Numbered from the stretch's first letter, positions 40,660 through 51,070 are shown. The stretch is 64,000 nt of DNA from Longimicrobiales bacterium (GCA_965202985.1 CBDBCF010000001.1:2496001-2560000), one strand, 5' to 3'. Translations and numbers: made by a program. Notes: generated from the letters alone by a model not told the origin.

Positions 40660-41311
40660 AGGCACGGTCAGCCGCGTTAACGGACTTCTTCGCTACCTTG
40701 GCAAGGTGGGCATTGCGCGTCACTACCAGCGGGCCGTACTCCACCGGGACGGGCGAGTTGCCCAGGTGTCGTTTCCGGGTGCCGAGCATGTGTCGGTGGC
40801 GATGAAGGATCAGGATTATCGGCGAACCTACCGACGCTTCTTGACAGAGCGGGCCTACTCCGCCGTCATGTTGGACAACGCGATCTTGCAGATCATGTAC
40901 CGGTTCAACGGACGCGAACTGGCGGCCCACCGATTGGCGTTCTTTCCGGCTCCGAAGCTGGACGAGTTTCAAAACGCGCCGGACTGGTACTTGCGCGACG
41001 ACGTGTTCGTCGATGTAGTGGCAAGGGCCACGACACCGACGCTCGTCCGATTTGACTACGATGCCAGCGAAGAACGCCATCGGCCAGTGATCCACTCCAA
41101 GTCGCATCTCACGCTCGGACGCTACGAGGGCTGTAGAATCCCCGTCTCGGCGCCGCTGACGCCCTACCGCTTCATGGACTTCGTGTTGCGAAGCTTCTAC
41201 GACACGCCGACGAGGCGCTACTCCAACGACCTGCCGCGAAGCACGGCGCGCTCTGACGATACCATCGACGCGAGGGAGCAGGACGTGCTACACGTGGCGG
41301 TGCCGGCGTAG
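40646..41311 (+). CDS. DUF2290-like protein
   Basis: LDNAILQIMY, HRLAFFPAP, RFDYD, H.KSHLTLGRYEGCRIPVSAPLTP..F..FVLR.FY; overlaps helicase end. Confidence 0.78.
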   Translation: MTSAEGTVSRVNGLLRYLGKVGIARHYQRAVLHRDGRVAQVSFPGAEHVSVAMKDQDYRRTYRRFLTERAYSAVMLDNAILQIMYRFNGRELAAHRLAFFPAPKLDEFQNAPDWYLRDDVFVDVVARATTPTLVRFDYDASEERHRPVIHSKSHLTLGRYEGCRIPVSAPLTPYRFMDFVLRSFYDTPTRRYSNDLPRSTARSDDTIDAREQDVLHVAVPA

Positions 41312-41434
41312 GGGGCCGTGGTCAGAGGCGGCGTGGACCCGGGACGAAGCTTGCGGCCTGCTGAGGTAAGGGTTGCTCGCGGCGGTGCCAACCGGGTGCG
41401 GACGGCTGGGAAAGGGGTGTCCGCAAAAGGGCGA

Positions 41435-42205
41435 ATGTCCAATGACCCGTTCTGCTCCGTATTGCGTTATCCTTGGCAGCGATCGGAACGTCGGACACAA
41501 CGGAACAGCAGTTCCGACCGTCATGGATGTTCTCTGCTACCGACTCGGATAACGACCGGAGGAGCTGTCCTACGCCGTCGAGTCCTAGGCTTGGCACGAC
41601 GAGCGTTCTACGATATCAAGACGGAGGACGTAAAGTGGAAAACAGTGGGGTTCGTCTTCCGATGGAAATACGATTCCGAGTGTCACGGAAAGCTAATCGA
41701 CGTTCCGGCATTAACAACCAGAGCACTCAAAAATGGAAGTACACGGACAGACAACCAACGACATACGGAAATTGTCCGTCAGCATTATCTGACAATAGCA
41801 TGTTGGACTTGGCGTAAACCGCCCGTCAATGCATTGTCCCGGATATCGGTTTGTGGATACATATTTAGAATAGAAGGTTTTGTGGCAGATACGCCAGCCG
41901 GAACAAAGTATCCACTGAATCTCGACCGGGATCCGCACAATTTCTCGCTCGCCGATGCTCTTGAATTGCAGGATCAGCTTGCTCGGTTGTTGACGATTGT
42001 TCGTAGGTGTGAGAAGGGTGGTATCCTTGCGACAGCAAACAGCAGAGAGCTGTTGGAGCACGGCAGAGCCCGCACCGAAAGAAGGCTCTTGGCTTACGTA
42101 CAGTGTGCGCACATTGGAGAGCGATACGGGCAAATGCGCGGGGCCGGGCGACGAATTCATCGAGGAACTGATGGATATGCTCGACTGATGGAACACTCGT
42201 CATGA
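41435..42205 (+). CDS. hypothetical AT-richer ORF; start uncertain
   Basis: Long open frame in visibly AT-richer DNA whose TGA overlaps the hsdM ATG (ATGA). Confidence 0.35.
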   Translation: MSNDPFCSVLRYPWQRSERRTQRNSSSDRHGCSLLPTRITTGGAVLRRRVLGLARRAFYDIKTEDVKWKTVGFVFRWKYDSECHGKLIDVPALTTRALKNGSTRTDNQRHTEIVRQHYLTIACWTWRKPPVNALSRISVCGYIFRIEGFVADTPAGTKYPLNLDRDPHNFSLADALELQDQLARLLTIVRRCEKGGILATANSRELLEHGRARTERRLLAYVQCAHIGERYGQMRGAGRRIHRGTDGYARLMEHSS

Positions 42206-45030
42206 CGACCCAAACCCACCAGAAACTCGTCAACTTCATCTGGAGCATCTGCAACCTGCTTCGCGGCCCGTACAAGCGCAACGAATACCGCAAGGTGATC
42301 TTGCCGATGACCGTGCTGCGGCGCTTCGACTGCCTGCTGGCACCGACGAAGGACGCCGTGCTTGCCAGGCACAAGGAAGCGTCGCACAGGTCGGACGCTG
42401 TGATTCATAGCCTGCTGACCAAGGTCAGCGGACACGGATTCTACAACACGTTCAAGCTGGACATGAAGGGACTTCTTGGCGATCCGAACCACCTTGCGCA
42501 GAACCTGACCGGGTACATTGACGCGTTCTCCGCCGACGTGCGGGAGATCATGGAACGGTTCAAGTTCCAGCAGCAGATTGAGCGGATGGCCGAGAAGAAC
42601 CTGCTGTACGAGGTCGTGAAGCGCTTCGCTGGCACGGACCTGTCGCCCGAACGCGTCGACAACGTGCAGATGGGCTACGTGTTCGAGGAGCTGATTCGAA
42701 TCGGCGCCGAGCAGTCCAACGAGGAGGCGGGCGAGCACTACACGCCGAGGGAGGTCATCCGGCTCATGGTCAACTTGCTGCTGTCGCAGGAGGAGGACCT
42801 TCGGACGAGCCATGTTGTCAAGACGATCTACGACCCCGCGTGCGGTACCGGCGGGATGCTCGCGGTCGCCGAGCAGTACATCCGGGAGCTCAACGCCGAT
42901 GCGAGGCCGATTCCCTGCGGGCAGGAGCTGAACGACGACGCATGGGCCGTCTCCAAGTCCGACATGCTCATCAAGGGGGCGAAGGCCGACAACATCCTGC
43001 TGGGCGACACATTCACAAACGACGGCTTCCAAACCGACGAGCAGGGCAGGAAGTGGACGTTCGACTACATGCTGGCCAACCCGCCGTTCGGCGTCAACTG
43101 GACGCAGCGGCGATCGCACATCAAGCGGGAAGCGGAGTCGCAGGGCCACGCGGGCCGCTTCGGCGCGGGCCTGCCGCGCATCAATGACGGCTCGTTGCTG
43201 TTTCTGCAGCACATGCTGTCCAAGATGCGAGCTCCCTCGGAGGGCGGCAGCCGCATCGCCATCGTCTTCAACGGCTCGCCGCTGTTCACTGGCGGAGCGG
43301 GAAGCGGCGAGAGCAACATCCGTCGCTGGATCATCGAAAACGACTGGCTGGAGGCCGTGGTGGCGCTGCCCGACCAGCTGTTCTACAACACCGGCATCTC
43401 GACGTACGTGTGGGTGCTCACGAACCGAAAGGACCCGCGCCGACGGGGCAAGGTCCAGCTCCTCGACGCGCGCCGCTTCTTCGTCAAGATGCCGAAGAGC
43501 CTGGGCAACAAGCGCAACAAGATCGGCGACCCGGCCGACCGCGACGACGAACCCGACCAGATTCGGGAGATCGCCCGCATCTACGGCAACTTCCAGGACG
43601 GCGAGAGCCGCTCGTTCGAGGAGGAAGACCCTGTTACCAGGGCTCCTGTCCAGCGGGACAGCGTGGTCAGTCGCGTCTTCGAGAACGACGACTTCGGCTT
43701 CCGCGAGGTCGTGGTGGAGCGCCCGCTTCGGCTGAACTTCCAGGTCAGTCCCGAGCGGATCGACCGGTTGGGTGAGGTGCCGGCGTTCGTCAGATTGCCG
43801 GAGAACAGCCAGGAACAGATATGCGATCTAGTAGAAGCCTTCGCGGATTGCCATGGCGAGGGGTTATATCGAGATCGAGCCGAATTCTTGGCGGACTGGC
43901 GGGTTGTCGTTCGTCAGACAGGGAAGCCACAGTTTAAGGCAAAGGAACGCAGGGCATTGCTGGAGGGATTGGGGGAGCGCGACCCGGATGCCGAAGTCTG
44001 TCGCAACAGCCAAGGCGAGATGGAGCCCGATCCGGCTCTACGTGATTCCGAGATCGTGCCGTTGCGCGACGAAGTGGACGAATGGCTTCGGCGAGAAGTA
44101 CGGCCGTACGCATCGGACGCCTGGGTGGACCACAGCAAGACCAAGATCGGCTACAAGATTCCTCTGGTACATCGCTTCTATCGCTACGATCTGCCCCGGT
44201 CTCTCGACGAAATAGACGGCGACATTCGCAAATTGCATAATGACATTAAGGCGTTGGTGGAGGAAATAGGTATAGGTACACCCGCCGGCAACGTTATTGG
44301 GCCGGCCGCGTTCGTTCCGACACTGCCCCGTGACGGCATGCTTGTCGACCAGGTCGCAAGCTCCGGTGACCTCAACCGGATGTCCGTATGGCCACCGTTG
44401 ACGGATTGGCACACCCAAAAGGAATGGAGCGTCCGACCCTTGCGGTACATTATAGGACGTACGGATCGGATATCCGCTAAAGTGAACGATGATGTATCGC
44501 GGCGGTATATCGGGATGGCATCTGTGCAACCAATGACCGGCACCTTGACCGAATCCGCAGCACTGGACTGGAAGCCCCCTTCCTCTTCATCGAGCGGTTT
44601 CCGTAGAGGTGACGTTCTGTTTGGAAAGCTTCGTCCGTATCTGGGAAAATCGTGTATGCCAGATTTTGAAGGGCTGTGTTCGGGCGAGTTTTTAGTACTC
44701 GATGGTAATAGGGACATGGATAATCGCTACCTCTTTTATGTGCTGCTTTCGCAGCCCGTAATCGCATTGGCCGATGCCTCGGCCGTTGGGACCAAGATGC
44801 CTCGCACTAGCTGGCAAGAGATGGGATCGATCATGGTGCCCGTTCCTCCCGTCGAGGAACAAAGGGCAATATGTTCGTATTTGGACGATGTGATCAGAAG
44901 AATCGATGTATTGGATCAACAGGCCAGCGCGCTCATCGAACGCCTTCGCGAAAAGCGCCGAGCGCTTATCACCGCCGCTGTCACGGGCCAGATCGACGTC
45001 CGGGAGGAAGGGAGGGGCGCGACGGAATGA
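42202..45030 (+). CDS. hsdM: type I R-M methyltransferase HsdM fused to a single-TRD HsdS half
   Basis: FIWSICNLLRG, GEHYTPREV, YDPACGTGGM, ANPPFG; C-terminal FRRGDVLFGKLRPYL and PPVEEQRAI..LITAAVTGQIDV. Confidence 0.9.
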   Translation: MTTQTHQKLVNFIWSICNLLRGPYKRNEYRKVILPMTVLRRFDCLLAPTKDAVLARHKEASHRSDAVIHSLLTKVSGHGFYNTFKLDMKGLLGDPNHLAQNLTGYIDAFSADVREIMERFKFQQQIERMAEKNLLYEVVKRFAGTDLSPERVDNVQMGYVFEELIRIGAEQSNEEAGEHYTPREVIRLMVNLLLSQEEDLRTSHVVKTIYDPACGTGGMLAVAEQYIRELNADARPIPCGQELNDDAWAVSKSDMLIKGAKADNILLGDTFTNDGFQTDEQGRKWTFDYMLANPPFGVNWTQRRSHIKREAESQGHAGRFGAGLPRINDGSLLFLQHMLSKMRAPSEGGSRIAIVFNGSPLFTGGAGSGESNIRRWIIENDWLEAVVALPDQLFYNTGISTYVWVLTNRKDPRRRGKVQLLDARRFFVKMPKSLGNKRNKIGDPADRDDEPDQIREIARIYGNFQDGESRSFEEEDPVTRAPVQRDSVVSRVFENDDFGFREVVVERPLRLNFQVSPERIDRLGEVPAFVRLPENSQEQICDLVEAFADCHGEGLYRDRAEFLADWRVVVRQTGKPQFKAKERRALLEGLGERDPDAEVCRNSQGEMEPDPALRDSEIVPLRDEVDEWLRREVRPYASDAWVDHSKTKIGYKIPLVHRFYRYDLPRSLDEIDGDIRKLHNDIKALVEEIGIGTPAGNVIGPAAFVPTLPRDGMLVDQVASSGDLNRMSVWPPLTDWHTQKEWSVRPLRYIIGRTDRISAKVNDDVSRRYIGMASVQPMTGTLTESAALDWKPPSSSSSGFRRGDVLFGKLRPYLGKSCMPDFEGLCSGEFLVLDGNRDMDNRYLFYVLLSQPVIALADASAVGTKMPRTSWQEMGSIMVPVPPVEEQRAICSYLDDVIRRIDVLDQQASALIERLREKRRALITAAVTGQIDVREEGRGATE

Positions 45031-46277
45031 TCACGCTCGTCCAGGCGCGCAACTATCGCAATCTTCGGGACGTTCGAGTACCGCTTCGGGACTTTCAGTT
45101 GCTGGTGGGCAAGAACGCTTCGGGGAAGAGCACGTTCATGGACGTTATCGCGTTCATGAGCGATTACTTGTCGGGCGGCCTGGAGAAGGCCGTGGCGGCG
45201 CGCTCGGCGGACCCTCGGGCTCTGGTGTACCAGGGGCGGGGAGATCGCTTCGAGTTGGTCATCGAGGCTGCGGTGCCCGCAGAGGTGGACGAGCGGACCG
45301 ACGGGCTCGACACGGTCCGATATCGCCTGACCGTGGAGGTCGGAGATCGACTCGGCGAATGCCGCGCTGCGGGCGAATCGCTTGCTCTCACGACCTCCGC
45401 AGGCTATCCGCCGTCGGGTAGCGGCACCCCGGCCTTGGAGACGAAAGCGAGCGGGGCGGCGCTGGTGGCGGAAGGGCCTGGAACCGCTCGTCCGGTGGTT
45501 GAGGGCACGGAGGGCACCGTGGCCAACTTCATGCCCGAGTCGGCTGCCGGGCAGACCGGAACGGCACGCGCCGCCACCGTGGACGCCGGCACGTCTGCGC
45601 TGGCAGCCCTGCCGGAGGAGACGGAAGCGTTCCCGGCCGCAACGTGGTTCAGGCAGTACCTGCTGTACGAGATTCACAGGATCGCCTTTGATATTGGGGT
45701 TCTGGCACGTCCCAATCCGCCAACGGATGCCAAGGGTTTCCTGCCCGACGGGTCGAACGTGGCCAGCATCGTAGCGCGGTTCCGAGAGGATTCGCCCGAC
45801 AGGTTTCATCGATGGGTTGACCAGCTTCGGTTGGATGCGCCGGACTTGGCGGACGTGTCGACTGTCGTTCGTGCCGAGGACGGCCATTCCTACCTGGTCT
45901 TCGAGCACCGGGGAGAAGTCAAAGTCCCTGCGTGGCTGGCTTCCGGCGGACTGTTGCACTTGGCTGCGTACACCCTGCCCACTTACCTTGCGTATCCCTC
46001 CGGAACGTACCTGTACGAGCACCCTGGGCGCGATGTCTACGCTGGCACCATGCATTCGATATACAGTGCTCTGACGAGTCTCTGGTACTCGCAGGCCTTG
46101 GTAGCCACGCAATCGATCACTCTTACGGCTTTCTTCAAGCCGAAGGATCTGCTTTGCTTTGGTCGCGACGACGACGGCGAGATCGATGTCGTGAGGGGTT
46201 CCGATCACAGGTACCTAAGGAATTGGAGCGCCGAAGTTGACGTGGGCTCCATCGTCGCATCGGGAATCCTCGGGTGA
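45027..46277 (+). CDS. AAA_21/ABC-type ATPase, MAD3-like, with degenerate C-terminal motifs
   Basis: NYRNL, LVGKNASGKST, FLPDGSN, VPAWLASGG, YLYEHP, VATQS. Confidence 0.75.
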   Translation: MITLVQARNYRNLRDVRVPLRDFQLLVGKNASGKSTFMDVIAFMSDYLSGGLEKAVAARSADPRALVYQGRGDRFELVIEAAVPAEVDERTDGLDTVRYRLTVEVGDRLGECRAAGESLALTTSAGYPPSGSGTPALETKASGAALVAEGPGTARPVVEGTEGTVANFMPESAAGQTGTARAATVDAGTSALAALPEETEAFPAATWFRQYLLYEIHRIAFDIGVLARPNPPTDAKGFLPDGSNVASIVARFREDSPDRFHRWVDQLRLDAPDLADVSTVVRAEDGHSYLVFEHRGEVKVPAWLASGGLLHLAAYTLPTYLAYPSGTYLYEHPGRDVYAGTMHSIYSALTSLWYSQALVATQSITLTAFFKPKDLLCFGRDDDGEIDVVRGSDHRYLRNWSAEVDVGSIVASGILG

Positions 46278-46900
46278 ACCGACCAGACTTGATTGCGCTC
46301 GTGGCGGACAGAGTCATGTTCGGCGTGTTGGCGCAGGTGCTCAGGCGGCCCGAGTCGCTGGGCATACGTCCGATCGATCCACTGGTGGTTTTAGAGAGTC
46401 GTCATGATCCGGCGTGTGCCAGAATTGGCGTTCAGCGGTTGGGCAAGTATGCGAGGGACTTCGATCACGCCATCTTGATGTTCGACCACGAGGGAAGCGG
46501 AAGAGAGCGGGAATCGCCCGAGGAGATCGAGGCGAGCCTGGACGCGGAGTTTCGGCGGTCCGCCTGGGGTGACCGCGCCCGCACCATCGTCGTGGCGCCG
46601 GAGCTGGAAGTCTGGCTTTGGGGTGGTTCTCCTCATGTCGATCGCGCCATCGGGTGGACCGGGCGGTCGCCGTCACTGCGAAGCTGGCTGGCCGAAGAAG
46701 GCTGGTGGCCGGAGGGTGCTCCGAAGCCGTTGCGCCCCAAAGAGGCGTTCCAAGCGGCAGCGCGCGAGACTCGGACCACGGCCAACCCCAAGATCATGCA
46801 GGAGATCGCCCGGCGCGCGTCTCATCGCAGATGTACCGATCGGGCGTTCCTGAGGCTTCGGGACACGTTGCGGACTTGGTTCCCACTGGACAGCCCGTGA
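46274..46900 (+). CDS. MAD4-like (DUF4276/TOPRIM-related) protein
   Basis: DLIALVAD, LGIRPI, HDP.C, FDHEGSG, PELEVWLW, KP.RPKEA, CTDRAF..LR.WFP. Confidence 0.7.
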   Translation: MNRPDLIALVADRVMFGVLAQVLRRPESLGIRPIDPLVVLESRHDPACARIGVQRLGKYARDFDHAILMFDHEGSGRERESPEEIEASLDAEFRRSAWGDRARTIVVAPELEVWLWGGSPHVDRAIGWTGRSPSLRSWLAEEGWWPEGAPKPLRPKEAFQAAARETRTTANPKIMQEIARRASHRRCTDRAFLRLRDTLRTWFPLDSP

Positions 46901-49900
46901 CCACCTCCACCGGCGAGACGGCCTTCGAGGCCCAGGTCGAACGGCTCCTTCGACAGGGCGGCTGGCAGTCCGGCGACACCAGCGGCTGGGATGTGGAGCG
47001 CGCTCTGTTTCCCGGCGACGTCTGCGCGTTCCTCGAAGCAACCCAGCCCGCCAAGTGGGACGCCATGCGCAAGTTGCACGGCGACAGGCTGGGCGCGCTC
47101 GTCGTCGATGCGCTGGTCACGGAGCTTCGGATCAAAGGAACGCTTCACGTTCTGCGCCACGGGTTCAAGTTTCGCGGCCGGGTCTTGCGGATGGCGCACT
47201 TCAAGCCCGCCCACGGCCTCAACGACCAGGTGCTGGCACTCTACGACCAGAACAGGCTCACGGTCGCCCGCCAAATCCGCTGCCATCCAACCAAGCGCCA
47301 CACGGTGGACCTGCTCTTCGCGCTCAACGGTTTGCCGGTGACCACGTGCGAGCTCAAGAATCCGGGCACGGGCCAGACATGGCGAGACGCCGTGGAGCAG
47401 TACAAGAACGATCGCGACCCCCAGGCGCCTCTCTTTCGCTTCAAGCAACGGGCGCTGGTGCACTTCGCCGCCGACACGGAACAGGTGCACATGACCACGC
47501 GACTGGCCAAGGGCGACACGCGCTTTCTGCCCTTCAACCGGGGCAGCGACCCCGGCGGCGTGACGTGCGGGGCAGGGAACCCCGAGCACTCGTCCGGCTA
47601 TCGCACGGGCTACTTCTGGGAGGACGTGCTGGGGCGGGACAGCTTCTTGGACATCGTGGGCCACTTCATGTTCGTCGAGGAGCGCGAGAAGATGATCTTT
47701 CCGCGCTACCACCAGCTCGACACCGTGCGAAAGCTGGTGGAGGCGGCCCGAGCCGACGGCCCCGGCCACAACTACCTGGTCCAGCACTCGGCGGGGAGCG
47801 GCAAGACCAACAGCATCTCGTGGCTGTCCCACCGGCTGGCCAGCCTCCACGACATCGCCGATCGCAAGGTGTTCGACTGCGTGATCGTGGTCACCGACCG
47901 ACGCGTGCTGGACAGCCAGCTTCAGGACGCCATCTACCAGTTCGAGCACGCGCAGGGCGTCGTCAAGCGTATCGACAAGGACAGCAAGCAGCTGGCGGTG
48001 GCACTGGTGGACGGCACCCAGATCGTCGTCACGACCTTGCAGAAGTTTCCCTTCGTCCTGGGCGGGCTGCTGCGGGTCGCGGGAGCCGATTCCACCGATG
48101 CCGCCACGGCCTCGGAGCAGGAACGCGCCGACGAATGGGCGGCCGAGATCGCCGGACGCCGGTACGCCGTCGTCGTGGACGAAGCCCATTCCAGTCAGAG
48201 TGGCGAGACGGCCCGGCAGCTCAAGGCCGTCCTGGGGGCGGGAGCGGACACCGGTGTGGGTGACGACGCGGCCTTCGCCTCCGACGACCCTCCCTCCGGC
48301 GACTGGCAAGACGGTCTGAACGCAGTGCTGGCCTCCCGGGGCCGCCAACCGAACCTGTCGTTCTTCGCCTTCACCGCCACGCCAAAGGGGAAGACGCTCG
48401 AGGTGTTCGGCAGGCCCGGTGCCGCCGGGGGGGCGCCCGAAGCCTTCCACCTGTACAGCATGAGACAGGCGATCGAGGAGGGCTTCATCCTCGACGTGCT
48501 GACCCACTACACGACCTACAAGACGTACTGGCGGCTCCTCAAGCGCGCGTCCGAAGACCCCGACGTCCCGAAGCGCCGGGCCGCACGAGCGCTGGCCAAG
48601 TTCATGTCGCTCCATCCGCACAACATCAGCCAGAAGACGGAGGTGATCGTCGAGCACTTTCGCGAGAACGTGGTGGGCCGCCTCGATGCCCGGGCCAAGG
48701 CGATGGTCGTCACGTCGTCGCGTCTGCACGCCGTGCGCTACTTGCTGGCCTTCCGCAACTACATCGCCGAGAAGGGCTACAAGGATGTGCGGCCCCTGGT
48801 CGCCTTCAGCGGCACGGTGCGCGACCCGGGCACGGGCGACGAGTTCACGGAGCCTGGGATGAACCTGGACGCAACCGGCGAGCGGATAAGCGAGAAAGCC
48901 CTGCCGAGCCGCTTCGCGTCGTCGGACTTCAACGTGCTCTTGGTGGCGAACAAGTACCAGACCGGCTTCGACCAGCCGCTGCTCTGTGCCCTGTACGTGG
49001 ACAAGCGCCTGGACGGGGTACAGGCCGTACAGACGCTGTCGCGCCTGAACCGCACTCATCCCGGCAAGGAGCCGCCCTTCGTCCTGGACTTCGTCAACGA
49101 CGCCGACGACATCCTGGACGCCTTCAAGCCCTACTACGACAAGACGGAACTGGAAGCGGGATTGGACCCCAGTCGGCTGGAGGCGCTGAAGGTCGCGCTG
49201 AACCAGGCGCAGGTCTACCACTGGCGCGAAGTCGAGCAGTTCGCCAAGGTCTACTTTGCCGGCCTGCGCAACTCCCGGCCTAGCGTTCACGCCCGCCTGC
49301 AACGCCTCCTCCAGCCAGCGGTGGACCGGTTCGCGGACCTGTCCGAAGACGAGGCCCAGTCCGAGTTCCGCGACAAGCTGTCCGCCTACTTGCGGCTGTA
49401 CGAGTTCGTGAGCCAGATCGTCCCCTATGCCGACTCCGAGTGGGAGAAGCTGCACGCCTACGGAAGCCTGCTCGCACCGCTGCTGGCCGTCGGGCGCACG
49501 CCCAAGCTCACGCTGGACGAGGATGTCAGACTCGAGTACTACCGGTTGCGGCGCGCCCATTCCGGCCGGCTCCAGGTGGAGGAAGGCGACCCCGCGTACG
49601 TCGTCGGCCCCTCCGAGGTTGGGACCGGCCGCCCGGACGAGCCCGAGGCGCCCTTGTCCGAAATCATCGCGCTCCTGAACGACCGCCACGGAAGCGAGCT
49701 GGGCGAGGCCGACCGTCTCTTCTTCGAGGAGGTCCGGGCGGAGGCCTGCGCCGATCCGGAGGTCGTGCACCTCGCCCAAGCCAACGACCTGCAGAAGTTC
49801 GCCCTGGGCGTCCGGCAGCGGGTAGGCGAACTGATGGTGGAGCGACTCGGCAAGAACGACCAGATCGTGACCCGCTACATGGACGACGACGACTTCCAGG

Positions 49901-49959
49901 CCACTGCGTTCAACGTGCTCGTCCGGGCGATCTGGGAGGCGGCGAACAAGGCAGCCTGA
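46897..49959 (+). CDS. hsdR: type I restriction endonuclease subunit R
   Basis: VDLLFALNGLP..ELKN nuclease motif, HSAGSGKT, VDEAHSSQ, FTATPK, YQTGFDQP, QTLSRLNR. Confidence 0.95.
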   Translation: MTTSTGETAFEAQVERLLRQGGWQSGDTSGWDVERALFPGDVCAFLEATQPAKWDAMRKLHGDRLGALVVDALVTELRIKGTLHVLRHGFKFRGRVLRMAHFKPAHGLNDQVLALYDQNRLTVARQIRCHPTKRHTVDLLFALNGLPVTTCELKNPGTGQTWRDAVEQYKNDRDPQAPLFRFKQRALVHFAADTEQVHMTTRLAKGDTRFLPFNRGSDPGGVTCGAGNPEHSSGYRTGYFWEDVLGRDSFLDIVGHFMFVEEREKMIFPRYHQLDTVRKLVEAARADGPGHNYLVQHSAGSGKTNSISWLSHRLASLHDIADRKVFDCVIVVTDRRVLDSQLQDAIYQFEHAQGVVKRIDKDSKQLAVALVDGTQIVVTTLQKFPFVLGGLLRVAGADSTDAATASEQERADEWAAEIAGRRYAVVVDEAHSSQSGETARQLKAVLGAGADTGVGDDAAFASDDPPSGDWQDGLNAVLASRGRQPNLSFFAFTATPKGKTLEVFGRPGAAGGAPEAFHLYSMRQAIEEGFILDVLTHYTTYKTYWRLLKRASEDPDVPKRRAARALAKFMSLHPHNISQKTEVIVEHFRENVVGRLDARAKAMVVTSSRLHAVRYLLAFRNYIAEKGYKDVRPLVAFSGTVRDPGTGDEFTEPGMNLDATGERISEKALPSRFASSDFNVLLVANKYQTGFDQPLLCALYVDKRLDGVQAVQTLSRLNRTHPGKEPPFVLDFVNDADDILDAFKPYYDKTELEAGLDPSRLEALKVALNQAQVYHWREVEQFAKVYFAGLRNSRPSVHARLQRLLQPAVDRFADLSEDEAQSEFRDKLSAYLRLYEFVSQIVPYADSEWEKLHAYGSLLAPLLAVGRTPKLTLDEDVRLEYYRLRRAHSGRLQVEEGDPAYVVGPSEVGTGRPDEPEAPLSEIIALLNDRHGSELGEADRLFFEEVRAEACADPEVVHLAQANDLQKFALGVRQRVGELMVERLGKNDQIVTRYMDDDDFQATAFNVLVRAIWEAANKAA

Positions 49960-50069
49960 AGCCCCGTCGTCGTCTACTCGTTCCGTGTCCGGCATCTCGA
50001 TTAGCTTCTTGCCGTCCCAGGTGTCCCGCGTTCGCCTGCCCGACGTCCCCTCACGACCCCGGTTCCCAC

Positions 50070-51012
50070 ATGCAAGCGTCCCGCCGACCGACTCGCGCAG
50101 CCTGCCTGGCCCGCACACCCCGCACCGCCCGCGCCCTCCTGCTCGCCGTCGTCCTCTCGACAGCAGTCAGCGTCCTTCCAACCGCAGCCGCCCCCGCCTC
50201 GACCCAGCAGGTCGGCCCCGAGAACGGCAGCCTGATCGTCGCCGGAGGCGCCTTGCGCGATCCCGCCGTCTTCCAGCGCTTCGTGGAGCTGGCCGGCGGG
50301 CCGTCCGCGCCCATCGTCGTCATCCCCACGGCGGGCGGCGCCGACGACTACGACCAGTTCTTCCGGGGACGCCGACCCTTCGAGAACGCCGGCGCCCGCG
50401 ACGTAACCGTCCTCCACACCTACGACCCCGAGGTGGCCGACACCGACGCCTTCGCGGAGCCGCTTCGCCGAGCCCGAGGCGTCTGGTTCACCGGCGGACG
50501 CCAGTGGCGCTTGGCCGACTCCTACCTGAACACCAAGGTGCACGACGCCCTGTGGGACGTGCTGGCGCGCGGCGGCGTGATCGGCGGCTCGTCGGCGGGC
50601 GCGTCGATCCAGGGCTCGTACCTGGTGCGAGGCGACACCCGCACCAACACCCGTCATGATGGGCGATCACGAGGTCGGCCTGGGCTTCCTCAAGGGCGTT
50701 GCCATCGACCAGCACCTGTTGCGGCGCAACCGCCACTTCGACCTGATCGAGGTGATCCGCGCCAAGCCCGAGCTGCTGGGGATCGGCCTGGACGAGAACA
50801 CGGCCATCGTCGTCCACGGCGACCGCTTCGAGGTGGTGGGCCAGAGCTACGCCGTCATCTACGACCACCGGGCCACGCTGGACACAGGCGGCCTGTTCTA
50901 CTTCCTGGCGCCCGGCGACCGCTACGACATGGCGGCCCGACAAGCATTCCGGCCCACCACCGACCAGCAGCAGCTGGACAGAGTGACGGGCACGCCCTGG
51001 CCGCCGTCCTAA
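50070..51012 (+). pseudogene. secreted cyanophycinase / peptidase S51, split by +1 frameshift (possibly a sequencing error)
   Basis: Signal peptide, VVIPTA, WFTGGRQWRL, GGSSAGAS; extra C at 50650-50652 separates GDTRTNT from VMMGDH..IDQH..RNR..GLDENTA. Confidence 0.8.
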
Positions 51013-51070
51013 ATCGTCGAATGATGCAAGTTGACTGCAAACATACTCATGTCGTACTCAAACCACCGTT

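Noticed and set aside
46822..50118. 1098-aa minus-strand ORF
   Set aside because: Antisense shadow of hsdR; no motifs
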